Assembly (NCBI GenBank): GCA_030295235.1
Contig: AP026128.1
Coordinates: forward strand, 1,364,001-1,414,756
Reading direction: 5' to 3'
Origin: Fistulifera solaris
Lineage: Eukaryota
Length of the DNA stretch: 50,756 bases
The position numbers were made by a program, and so were the translations under genes. Positions 1 to 11,757 of the stretch are shown in pieces. The notes beneath the pieces were generated by a model. It ran no database searches. It saw nothing but the letters and a program-made list of their open reading frames with translations, and was not told where the DNA came from. Position 1 is the first letter of the stretch; each line of letters starts with the position of its first letter.

Positions 1-48
1 GAGGACTTGAAGCGTCAAGCTGATGAAGAGTCTGATGAAGAGCTTTAA
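1..48 (+). CDS. Probable 3' end of an upstream gene (acidic C-terminus EDLKRQADEESDEEL*)
   Basis: Frame 1 reads EDLKRQADEESDEEL then TAA at 46-48, followed by AT-rich UTR-like sequence. Only 16 codons are visible. Confidence 0.3.
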   Translation, partial: EDLKRQADEESDEEL

Positions 49-139
49 GTAGTGCATACTATTAGGTAGAAAACACAGCAGCTAATAAAATAATTACTTC
101 CATTTTGCCGATACGTAGAGCTAATTTATTATTATCTTG

Positions 140-833
140 TTACCATGCTCGCTGACCTTGAGACGCCGCTACGTAAACTGGCTCGGGCATAGGAACTCCC
201 TGCGGTTCCGAACCTTTCGTTTGCGATTGAGGGCCTTTGTAGGGCAGGAAGTTGGGACCTTTTAACTTGTTTTCACTCTCTTGTTTCGACGAAGCCGAAA
301 GAGCATCCAAGTAACTCAGATACATGGCAGCTGCTTCCGCCTTTGACTCGATTGGCTCTCCCCTGCGCAGGAGGCAAGCTAGCAAAGATTTCTTGTTTAC
401 GGCGTTCCGCCATCGAGGGAGTCCCGATGAGCCAGTCATCTCCTCTCTTGTGAATGACAGGTGCATACGTTCCGATTTGAACCGTCTCCAAAACGTCGGC
501 AGGTAGCAACCACGTTGGAGGTTTGTAAGGGGAATCAGCCATAGCCAAAAGTCGCAACATGTTGGTAACGGCGATAGAAGGATAAATTCGAGGAGGGCCG
601 TCGTGCGTTCGTCGTCCATCTTTATCGGATCGGCCGATTTTGTGAGAGGTAATAACATCGGCGGGATAGAAAGAAGGATTCTTGGAAGATCTCTCATAGT
701 CGAAATTGTCTCCTACTTTAAGAAATTCATGTAGCGCGAACGATTTCTGCGACGATCTGATTTCCTGATTCATAAAGGCAGCAACGCTGCTAAAAGACGA
801 AACGGCGAAAGCGGTGAAAAGAAGTCGGAACAT
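140..833 (-). CDS. Motif-family protein 1: putative plastid-targeted orphan, one apparent frameshift near 360
   Basis: N-terminus MFRLLFTAFAVSSFSSVAA|FM is a signal peptide followed by F. It contains FYPADVITSHKI and LLPADVLETVQI. ORF 273..833 joins the 140..697 frame at a G-run near 360, giving the C-terminus YLSYLDALS...KGPNFLPYKGPQ, which matches the gene at 46886-48120. Confidence 0.75.
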
Positions 834-1442
834 CTTGATGATTTTCTTGATAATAACCTCGATCGATTCTTGCTGACAAGTGTTGTGAATAGCTTAATTG
901 AAGCTTGATTGCACACGCAAGAGTCTTCAACTTGTTATTGAAATAACAAAACAGGTGAACCTTTGAAAGATCTTGTGCTTGTTGGCTGCTGTCGACTGTC
1001 GATCGAAGTGCGCTTTCGTGATGCTTGCGTGATGGGTGGCCGGGTTCGCTTGCTGGATCCAAAACCGTTGCGGAGTTTCATTTTATTCAGAAATCGAAGC
1101 AGATGTTGCTAGGAACGAAACGTGTTCCGTCTACTCATTTTGAGTGAGGTTAGTTGCACCGGTACTGCAAGACGTAATTTACTTAACGGACTTAAGTCGG
1201 TCGCTGAAAACGACTTGATTCAAATGTGTGACGTGTGACGACGTGTGACACGCCACAGGGAATAAGGAATCATCATCCGTGAGCAACTTCAAAAACTCCG
1301 GATCCTACAAGCTAAGGTGCGTTCTATATTCCTTTAAAAACTTGTTTCATTCTACTGCAGTTTACGCAACAATCAACGTATAAAAAGTAGCCTAGATATG
1401 TAATTTAAATGCTCGACCATTTAACCAACTCATGGTAAAAGC

Positions 1443-3621
1443 TCATTGCCGATCCTGCAACAGTAGTTCCTTCAGAGTGAATAAGGCCATCTCTCGAACC
1501 TTTGTTGATGTTAGCTTGTCTTTTTCTGTTTCGTCCTCTTCATTGTCTGGTGTTTCGACTTTTAACAGAGCGATGTCTTGCGTCTCACTCGCACTCAGTT
1601 GTTCGTTTGTATCCAATGATTCGCTTTTATCCGTCGGTTCGCTGAGGCCGTTGCTCGAACTTTTAGCAACTTCGGCGACATTTTGAACGGAATCATCTTC
1701 TGTGACTCCAAAAGAATGTCCAAGAGTTTCTCTGTCGAAGGTGTGGCACTGTCACTCTTACCGTTGTGTAAACTTGTCACATCATCAACCGTGCGTTCCC
1801 CGTGATGACGATCCCCATTGACAAATGATGTTCCTTCTACCCCATTCAGCTTAGCAAGAACGGAAGAAGGATCGGCGAGATATTGACTGACCGTCTCGTC
1901 CGTCAACTGATCAGAACCATCGGGGCTCCCTGTAAACAAGTATTGCAAAAGTTCCTTAGTTGATGATTTGGCATTGATGGGTGCCGTGGATTCCATCGTT
2001 GTCTGATCTGAAACGCTGGGGAACTCTTGGGTGTCGGAAGAGATTTGGATGTCGTTCACATCGTCGGCGCCTGTTACTAAACTTGGTTGAGCAACATCAG
2101 AAGTGGAAGCGAGTTGGTCTTCCGGCTCGCCCGCATTATGATCTCCATTCAGGTGGACGCCTGATTCTAATTGTAGATGCTCCGCAATCGTTTCGACGTC
2201 AGCACTCGTTAACCCATTAGTGTGATCAGTTTCCGTTGAAATCGCTTCAGCTTTGTCATCAAACGCAGCCAGGTCGTGTTCTCCATTAACGCTGGTTGAT
2301 TCCATCGTTTCCTGTTCCGGTTCGTAACCTTCCACTACCGAAGGCTCAGAAAACGACGACTCCGTTGTTTTTAGATCCGCAATTTCCTCTACCTGATCTG
2401 CCTCTGTTATCGGTAAACTCGCCATTGACTCAGAGCTGACCTCATTTATTGCTGCATCTACCAACAAATCTTCCTCGTCCGTTACTGATGGAATTGCTTC
2501 GTTGTCCACGAATGTAGGGTTTTGTCCATCAAGCTGAGCTGCTTGAGCGTCATCAGAGCTGAGAGCGACATAGTCTTCAATTGTTTCCATTGTCGTTGGG
2601 TCGGTATTCAAGTTCATCTGCGCTGTCTCTAGATCAATAGACTCTACTCCTTCACCATTGACTGCCAAAGATGTCGAACGAAGACCTTGCACATCATTTT
2701 CATGCAATAAATTGTCGTCGCTCGACTCCATCAATGTGTTGTCCGAGATTGAAGACGATGATTCCTCCTCGTGGTGTGCCCCGTTGACACCATTGATAGA
2801 CGGTTCTTCTTTATCATCCTCTGTGACTTGCATTTCCGTGTTCTCCGTCAATGGCTTTCGAAATCCGTGACGATTGCGTGCCTCTTCTTGCTCATTCATG
2901 CGATCACGCCAGAACTGTACCTGAATGTCACCGACTACAGGTTGCTTCGAGAATGAGTTCCTTGTCGAAACCGTAGGGACAGGTACCGATTGTTGTTGTT
3001 TCGAGAGAGCATCCGTCGTCACAACGTCGCCGGCGTGTTCCTCAAGTGCAGCTTGGTCGCTTGCTACCGACTCGGAACTTGTTTCCGGTAACTCCTGAAT
3101 GTTTTCTTCGCTTATGTTTGCATGAAAAACAGAACTACTTGCTTGTTCCGTAGAAAACGCCGGTCGAAACCCTTTTTATTGCGCTCTTCTTCTTGCGCCG
3201 TCATGCGATCTCGCCAAAATAGAATGTTACGATCGTCTACCGAGGTAGCGGGCACAGAAGGACGCTGTGGAGCCGAAGGTCGTAGAGCACTCGGATGAGT
3301 CGTCGGGGCGGGAGGCCTGGAAACACTTGCCGCAGCTGAAATTAGAAACATGTCATCCTGATCGCTCGGCAAAGAAATTGCGGCAGTCGGTTCTTCAGGA
3401 GGTGTTGGGGGAACTGAAGACTGAAACGGCTGCACAATAAACGGCTGCGCAGTAGTAGGTTCCCAAGAAGGCTTCTTGAAAACATCTGCGGGCATGAGAT
3501 AATCTGGATCGTTTACAGCAGACGTTTTTACGGATCGAATTGACATTCGATGCGGACGAACAATCCAAGCATCTGTTGCAGTAAACACAAAGAATGAAAC
3601 TACTACAGATCGAATAATCAT
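1443..3621 (-). CDS. Motif-family protein 2: acidic low-complexity protein, apparent frameshifts near 3167 and 1712
   Basis: MIIRSVVVSFFVFTATDA|WIV, then YLMPADVF. Two copies of FWRDRMxxQEExRNxxGF, one in ORF 3112..3621 and one in 1595..3022. Restoring one base in each T-run gives a continuous reading GFRPAFSTEQ...ILFGVTEDD...LLQDRQ*, with the stop at 1443-1445. Confidence 0.75.
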
Positions 3622-3983
3622 GTTGACTTGATTTTTAGAGAATGAAAGGACTGAAATGGGATAAAACGACGTAATAAGTATCCAAGAGGAGAAACAAGAA
3701 GTCGCGTGCCCAAAGATTGCAATGCGTTCCTTTTTATTGTTGCAGAAAAAAGGTGCAGTTTTTGTTTTTGTTGGGGAATTTTCGGCTGTGGATTACGTTG
3801 AAGTGACGTCATGCTGCAAACGTCATCCACTCCCACGGATGACTTCAGATGAGGGACCCAGAGGACCGGAGCATCACGAACAGACTGCTAAGTCAGTTTC
3901 ATAGATTATGCCATGCTAAAACTCAACTACGTCAACCTAGCAATGTATTCTCACACTCATACGCACAAGCAAACAATATATAA

Positions 3984-4778
3984 CTACCTTACTTTCTTCC
4001 TTTTCGAGACGAGGGTGAATTGTTTTTCTTCCGACGGCTCGACTTGGCATTCTGCAGAGTCCTTGGTGTCCGTGGATTGCTTTATGGATGTGTCCTTGAT
4101 GTCGACAAGTTGCTTTTTAGATCTCCAGTGTGCATCCCTTCTTGCCGCTTCGTCCCATCGAAGCAATTCTTCTTTTGAAAAGCTTCTTTCTCTACCAGAC
4201 GCTCAAGTCTCTTTTGTTCAACAAGTCGCGCTGCTTCAGTCCATCGATCCATTTCGGCTTGTTGAAATGCAACTTGCTCGGGAGTCAATTCACGTGGCTC
4301 CGCTGTAGAAGTCGCTGCAGCTGCTGGTTGATAATTGACCGGGTAACTCACTGGAGGGGGAAATGGTTTGACGCCAACCACGAACGCCGACTTCGTCAGC
4401 CGGGTGTCCTCGTGTGACTGTTGATGCTGGTACTACTCGTGGCGTTGCAGGGACAGGTGGCGAAATAATCGCTTCTCGTTGCAGTGATGCAGAAGGGTCA
4501 ATGAGTTCTCCACGTGCCGTAAAAGGTTCTGTTGTCGACTGGTTGTTGTCCGACGAAGAAGAGCGACCAGCTGCTGTGGGATTGCTGTCATAATTTGAAT
4601 AAGTGATGCCGCTCACAGGTGCGCCTGTTCGACTAATAACATCGGCGGGCAGAAAGTGTGAATCAGAATGGAAGATACGAGTGTTCCGCCGATTCGTTGA
4701 TTGATTGGAGACAGTAATCCAGGCGCTTGTTGTTGACAGACAACAGATCGCAGCGAGTGATGCCGGTCGAATTTTCAT
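3984..4778 (-). CDS. Motif-family protein 3, two apparent frameshifts
   Basis: MKIRPASLAAICCLSTTSA|WIT, then HFLPADVIS. ORF fragments 4290..4784, 4082..4381 and 3984..4166 overlap and read on as a Pro-rich segment followed by two RWxEAA helices. Confidence 0.7.
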
Positions 4779-5930
4779 TTGCACTCTTCTGCTTGATCAG
4801 GTTATTTTCGATAATAGTTTCTTACTTTTTCAATGCTTCGTCCTTTAGTGCATCGATTGCACGAAATAAAGCGAGAAGAGGATGCTAATTCCTGAAGTTG
4901 TTTGCCCTTCAATAAGTCGAAATTATTTTTTTTTCTGCGGTTGTCTTTCTTTCCTTGGCATTTTCATTTTTGCAGACGTCAGTGAGCACTTCCTTCGAGA
5001 GTAGGCAACCATCCGGGACTGAATTCCCGATCAGTCGTCGGAATTTCGTCCGGACGAGTTTGCATTTATCCGAAAAATATCCAGAAATAAGTTCTCTACT
5101 GTAAAGCGTTGACAATCATCTGTCATCTGTCATCACTTTCCTGACAGCTTCGACCTGAAACTTGGAAACAGTTGAAGGCAATAACGCTTCCAATGTCTAC
5201 GCGCATTCAGCGTTGCCGCAGTAGGAATTTTATCGCAGTAGAGGGACCCGGATATGGCTATGTTGACCGGATACCATTAGTCGCTAGTAGTCGGTAATTT
5301 TTGCGGCACGGGTCAAAGAACACCGGTACCGCGTCCTTGTTCGATTTTGTTCTAGGCATTGCTTTGCACCTAACGTCGGGATAAATACTTCTTCGCTGCA
5401 CGCCAAAATTATACTCCGAAAAATGAGTAAGGATTCCAGAATTTCTGGAATTCGCACAAACAGGCTATAATTCTCAAAACCACTAGTTCCCGAATAGCAG
5501 GAACGTCCACAGCATTTTACATGATCCAATACAGCGATTCGAGAATATCTGGAACGTCCACGAAACGTCTGTTTTTGACTCGAAACAACTGGTTCAGAAT
5601 TTCTGGGTGACACGAAACCGCGAATTTCAGGCGCATTGATTTGGAGTACATTCTTTGCCGCGCAACATACTGAATGTCAAAAATTGTTAATCACGAACAT
5701 GTCAAAGAAAGCAGTTACTTTTCTACATTTACAGAAGACAATCTTCAATAACATAAAAGGTTTCGGCTACTTATTTAATTGGCAACGACCGAGAGAGTTC
5801 AACGAGTGGGCCTTGTCTATATTCTTGCCAGTGGCCGAGGATGCTTGTGCCTATTACTAATCGTATCAAGTTACATACACTCTTTGTCATTCGAGTCCGG
5901 TTATTGTGTGCCAGTATTTCCATCATTGTT

Positions 5931-7091
5931 TTATTCCAACTTCTCACCATCGGAAGGAGCCTCGTCGCTCCACTCTAATCCGTTGAGATCAATGCCTTCG
6001 TCATCTGGCCGATGGACGAAACAGTCGTCTTTCTTCGCTCTCCGAAGTGCGTCGCGTTTCGCAGCTTCCTCCCACCGCGCAAGCTCGCCATCTATAAATC
6101 CTATTTTGTCTGACAACGATTCGTTTTCATCAACACCTTCGTTCTTCACCTCTGGTGCGCCGTCTCGTAGCGACGCATTCAGTTCACTGTCAATTTCAAT
6201 AACCTCATTCTCGATCGTTTCACCAGTAGGTTTCGCCGAGTCTTCGGGTGTAGTTGTCGAACTGCTTTCATTACTTGTGAAAAAAGTTTCTTGTTGCTGA
6301 AATAGTTCCTTTTTGGCTTGTTCGACTTGCAGATTCCTCTGCGACTTTTCTTCCGCGAACTCGGCAATATTACCGTGCAGAATATGTTGCCCCGCATCTA
6401 AAAATGACATCATCTGGTACTCTGGGTACGGAAGAGGAATGTCTGGTATCGTAGTTGTGCTTGTCGTCGATGTTGTCGGTAGAGAATCGACCTCGGGGAC
6501 CGGTGCATCTGGTTCTTTGGGGAGTGTCGGTGGTTGTAGTTGAGGTGTCAGAGACGGCGTAATTGCTTCTGGGGGCGAAGTTTTCGGTGGAAGGGATTCA
6601 CCGGATGAAATCGGATAGTATGGAATGCGAATTTTTGTGGAAACGTCGGGATGCATCACATTGGAATTAGAAGGCACTGGCGAAAATGATGACAACGCTG
6701 GCTTTGGAGCTAGATTGCTCGAGGGTGAAGACCATGAAGGGCGCCCCGGTGAAGGCGACGAAAGCGCTGACTTGCGAGATAGCATAGACCCTGGTTCATT
6801 GTAGTACTGATTCGTTGAAGATTGCTGAGACGACACAGAAGGCACTTTTTCTGGCTTGAGCGTCGATGACCAGGACGCCGGATAGTAGCCCGAACGATGC
6901 GTTCTAGAAAGGTTCTCGAGCCATTGCGGACTACCCAAGATTTCCGGCGCTAGATCTGAGTAAAGGTCATCTTGAGCTCCCGATGCACCGAATTGTCGTG
7001 CCGTTGACGAACGTCGAATATAAGAGCGTGTAACCCATGCTTCTGACACAGAAAGCAGGCATACAGAGACTGCAGCAGCTCTCAAAAACAT
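5931..7091 (-). CDS. Motif-family protein 4: Ser/Pro-rich then acidic, intact ORF
   Basis: Likely start at 7091, MFLRAAAVSVCLLSVSEA|WVT. Contains MHPDVSTKIRI and ELARWEEAAKRDALRRAKK. Confidence 0.8.
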   Translation of the reverse strand: MFLRAAAVSVCLLSVSEAWVTRSYIRRSSTARQFGASGAQDDLYSDLAPEILGSPQWLENLSRTHRSGYYPASWSSTLKPEKVPSVSSQQSSTNQYYNEPGSMLSRKSALSSPSPGRPSWSSPSSNLAPKPALSSFSPVPSNSNVMHPDVSTKIRIPYYPISSGESLPPKTSPPEAITPSLTPQLQPPTLPKEPDAPVPEVDSLPTTSTTSTTTIPDIPLPYPEYQMMSFLDAGQHILHGNIAEFAEEKSQRNLQVEQAKKELFQQQETFFTSNESSSTTTPEDSAKPTGETIENEVIEIDSELNASLRDGAPEVKNEGVDENESLSDKIGFIDGELARWEEAAKRDALRRAKKDDCFVHRPDDEGIDLNGLEWSDEAPSDGEKLE

Positions 7092-8585
7092 TGTTTTCCA
7101 GTTCTGAAATAATAGGAATGATTTCGTTCTCAAGCGAATCGTATTGTGAACAAAGTATCTTTCAATTTGTTGTGATTGAGGCGACAATATTTTAAAGATG
7201 AGAGCGTTCCGATTTCTTCTGGTTGTTGTTTAAGATACCGTTCTTTCGATGTTGCACGAGTTTTCTAATCGAAACAAGTCAGGCTGCGAGAGATAAAGCT
7301 CAACGAGTCAAGATCTTTGTCACAAATAATACGATACACTACTTTTGTTCTGAAATCAACAGAAGCAAAGAAAAAAGGAAACAGCCGCGGTTTTCCTTGC
7401 GTCCTTGAGCGCGCGCGCCGCGTACGCTCGTGACAGCTGTTGTGTTACGTCATTACCACGTCACATGCAACGGCTCCAGTAAGGACCAAAGAGAAGAGAG
7501 AGAGGGTGCGACTTGAACTTCACTGCCAAACCCCGAACATCATGCGAGCTATAAACCGAACTGTACATTCGACGATCGACACTTCTCGTTCTAGGTTAGA
7601 GCTCGGGTTGTGGGTAAAACTCCAGGTTGCTAAGGGCTGGTTACACGCATGGACGCCCTGTCGCGATAGCACCGTGAAAGTACACTTTGTGCTACACTAA
7701 GCGTCGGAACGAAAATTTCACCATGGCAAAATACCGCATAAATCCAGGCTAAACATGGTGGGGCACCGATCAATTAAATAAAGCTCGATTGATATTCTTT
7801 TACTTTTATTGTATAATTAAGGAGAGGCGGTTCCAAAGGATGTTTAATTTTCATCAGAGGCGATCGAATTGCGGAGAAAAGGCGTGATTTGATTCTGCCC
7901 GTGCTTTTTCACCATAGAAAATCAACTCGAAAGCGAGTATCTCAGCAACAGAAGCGTCAAAATTGTGGATATCGCACAATAAGCCTTCTATAGCTAATAG
8001 CTATTAGATGGCCCAATTCCCACAATTTTGCAGGTCCCTGAACGAAGTTACAGCCTCATGAATCCTATTTCGCCATGGTCGTCGTGTTTTTATCGCGGTG
8101 GAGGTTAATCAATCAACGATAATTCGACTATACGCGTATAATGTAGTTACGTATAAATTCGTACCATTTGAACGAGGGGACGGTCGAAAAAGTAACCAGC
8201 CCTTACGGCTGTGGAGCAAGGGACGGATACAAGTACTGTACTAGTAATACGAAAAGCCTAGAATTTGCTTGAGCTTGGAGAGTCGCTCTGAAAATAGCAT
8301 CAAGCAAGTTGAGATGGACCAAAGCGAATTTAGTTGGGCAAAACAAAAAAGATTTAGTAGTTTCTCGTAGAATTCTGTGCACGAAAAGTGAATAGATACC
8401 ATGCATTACCATTACACTGCTCAATGAATAACAAGAATAGTGATAATATAAATGCGTTTTCCCATTTGGAAGAACATTGTTGCTGTGCGTTTTTGGAATT
8501 GATGTCAATCAGTGTCTTCGCAAGTCGCAAGCAGCTTGTATAATATTATAGCCCCAACAAGTTGGTAACAGAACAAAACTTCGCC

Positions 8586-11165
8586 TTATTCGTTCTTGCT
8601 TTCCTTAGCTTTTTTCTTTGCCAATTCGGCCAGCCCGTTGCCATCGTCAACAATTTCTGCGTCAATAATTCCGTTAACTGACTTGCCCTGAAGTAACGCC
8701 TCTTTTTTCTTTTGATCTCCTCCAGCTTTGCTTTCTGTTTTTGAAGAGCTGCTTCGGCTTCTTTCTTTATTTCGGCTTCTTCGCGAGCTATTTCCGCCAA
8801 GATTGCGGCTTCTTTCTCAGCTGCTTCCTTCCTTATACGCGCTTCTGCTTGAAGTCTTGCCGCTTCTTTCAAAGCAGCATCAACCTTGTTTTCACTATCA
8901 TCTGTAACACCCTCCGCTGTTTCCTTCTTTACGGGTTCGTCTGTCTTTTTCTGACTTGCCTTTTCCGCCCACCGAGCTTGTTGTGCTAATCGCTCTTCTT
9001 CAGCTTTGCGCGCTTCTTCTGCCCACCGAGCTTGTTCCGCTTTACGAGCTTCTTCAGCTTTCTTTGATTCTTCCAACCATCGAGCCTGTTCTGCTTGTCG
9101 AGCCTCTTCGGCTTTACGAGATTCCTCCGCCCAACGAAGTTGCTCCGCTTGGCGGGCTTCTTCTGCTTTTCGGGCTTCTTCCAGCCAGCGCGCATGTTCT
9201 GCTTTGCGTGCTTCTTCCGCCCAACGAGCTTGTTCAGCTATTCGATTCTCCTCTGCTTTCCGAGCCTCTTGTTCCATCCGGGCTATTTCTGCAAGACGGG
9301 CTTCTTCTGCTTTTCGAGCCTGTTCGACAAGTCGCGCTTCTTCAGCTTTTCGTGCTTCCTCTACAAGTCGTGCTTGTTTCGCAGCTTCCCGAGCCTCTTC
9401 GGCGAGTCGGGTTTGCTCGGCCAAACGCGCTTCTTCCGCTAGGCGAGCTTCCTCTGCTAAACGGGCCTGTTCAAGTCTACGCGCTTCTTCAGCTTTTCTT
9501 GCCTCCTCCGCAAGGCGCATTTCCTCGGCGATACGAGCCGCCTCTGCTATACGAGCTTCCTCCGCCAAACGCGCCTGTTCAGCCAATCTTGCTTGCTCCG
9601 CCAAACGAGCTTCTTCTGCCTTACGTGCCTCTTCCGCCAAACGTGCTTCTTCTGCTTTACGCGCCTCTTCCGCTAAACGTGCTTCCTCTGCAAGTCGTGC
9701 TTGCTCCGCCAAACGAGCTTCTTCCGCTTTACGCGCCTCTTCCGCTAAACGAGCTTCCTCTGCAAGTCGTGCTTGCTCCGCCAAACGAGCTTCCTCTGCT
9801 TTACGTGCCTCTTCCGCCAAACGAGCTTCCTCCGCTTTACGCGCCTCTTCCGCCAAGCGAGCTTCTTCAGCTTTACGCGCTTCTTCCGCTAAACGAGCTT
9901 CTTCGGCAATTCGTGCTTCCTCTGCCTTTCGAGCCTCTTCTGCGAGACGTGCTTCTTCCAGACGAAGTGCCTCTTCTTCTTTCCGCGCTTTCTCCATGAG
10001 CTGCCTTGCCTCCTGTTCTGCTTTCTGGAGCTCCTCGTACTGCTTTTGCGCAAGTTTTGCAGTTTCTATTGCCTTTAGCGTAGCCTGGTGCGCCGCTTCA
10101 GCCGCTTCGGCTGCTTTCTTTGCGACTTCCGCCTCCTTTGTAGCTTTTGTACTAGCCAACTGTGCAGCCGCTGACATTTTTGAATGAATTGTGTCGGCAC
10201 CATTTATCGATCCCTTGATGATTTTGGAAGTAATGCGAATCTCGTCTTCGACATTCTTGCCAATGTAGTCATCGTACTGATCTGGACTAGCAGCGGGCCA
10301 TTTTCCGGTTCCCGTAGGCTTGGACGCAATCAAGGGCTTATTCTCCGGCATATCCGGTGCTCCCAAGGCCTCGCTACCCAGTTGTCGAACCCAAGTTTGA
10401 CGCGGAGCAGGTGGAGGCTGAACGCGAATTTTGTTCATGACATCTGGTTGAATGTCATCTGCAGGGGTCGCTGTGGAATAGGACCAGCTGGACGTCCACA
10501 CACTTTTCCCCATGTTTTTCCGAGTCTCCATGTATTGTTCTCTCGCAGCTTCGGCTGCTGCGTCACTGTCGAGTGCATCCGTGCCCAACTCGTTAACCCA
10601 GGTTTTCTTTCGAGGTTTCTCTTCGGCAATTCGAATACCTTTAGTGATATCAGTTCCAATCTCGTCATCGTTGTGGGACTTTTGTATGCCATGAGCTCGA
10701 CCAAACAGTCTTTGGCTCTGTTTTCGTTCGAATCACTCCTTGTTCGTCGACTTTATAAGATTGCGTCGGTGTCGCGGGCACAGGCTGATCAAATGTCCCT
10801 GGTGCTTGTTGAGTGATGCGTATTTTATTGAGGACTTCTGAGCTGAATTCATTATCAAAGGAGGAACTGGACGGCGTCGGTAGAGGATTGATAGGCGCCC
10901 CATTCTTTGGCTTTGAGTTTTCTTCTGTACTTGAATCAATTCGAATACTCCTAAGATTCTCTTTACTGATGTAATCTTTATCATTTGAAGAGGCTGACCA
11001 CGATGCTCTCGGCGATTCCTGATGCAAAAGCGCACGCGTTAAATGTTTTGTATTCGTCGAACGATGCAGCGAAGCAGGAACAAAAGCAGCTGCTCCTGGG
11101 AAAGCTTGACTGGAAGCGAACAGCGCAGCAACTACAGCAGCCGAGTATTTAAATGAAAGACCCAT
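8586..11165 (-). CDS. Motif-family protein 5 with a long (EEARKA/EEARLA)n charged helix, apparent frameshifts near 10685 and 8705
   Basis: MGLSFKYSAAVVAALFASSQA|FP. Repeated VW[ST]SSW, EVLNKIRI / DITKGIRI / PDVMNKIRV and TWVxxLGx[DE]AL. About 330 aa of 6-residue E/A/R/K repeats. An alternative frame at an A-run gives the C-terminus EKEALLQGKSVNG...KESKNE* ending at 8586. Confidence 0.8.
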
Positions 11166-11757
11166 ATTGTACTAGTTACTCTTTCTCTGGTATTTTGATG
11201 TGATGAAGCTGAAAGAGAACAGCAGCGTCAATGCAAATTATCGTGAAAGTAGTTTTTATTTACTTCAAAACGGAACATCAACAACGTTCGGTGGTGGTGA
11301 TGTTCGGTTGTCGCGGCGAGAAATTTGAAGCGTAAAGCGAAGACAACCTTTACGCTGCGACATATAATTTCGCTAATTTCTACTAAACGGTTTGATTACT
11401 TAGGATCTTTTCGTCTATCTATCCATGTGTTATGCGAAAATGTGACCGTACATATCTGTACCCTACTATAGAAGTGCATACAAGTTACGGAGTACTTACT
11501 TTCTGAGGAAGAGTAATTATGACGTACGTCACTTCTTACTTAGCGACGACTCGTGACTTATTTCGTGACATCGAGATTAGTGACTGACTGCGGTCCGTCT
11601 GTCAGACGTTGTATGGGGCATTTTTCGTTTTTGCTATAATTATTGCGACGATAAAAAATAAATCCGCTCCTCATTATATACAATTTAACCATCATTATTC
11701 GTAGTTTTTCCTTTTTGTTTCTTGCGAATTGCCTTTCTGTTACTTAGATACAATCAC

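Noticed and set aside
4909..5860. Short ORFs in the intergenic region (also 7223-8508 and 30504-31396)
   Set aside because: No recognisable motifs, many non-ATG starts, and composition typical of non-coding DNA.
8741..10187. Long plus-strand ORFs (347 aa and 393 aa)
   Set aside because: They are antisense shadows of the EEARKA repeat, which lacks stops in other frames.
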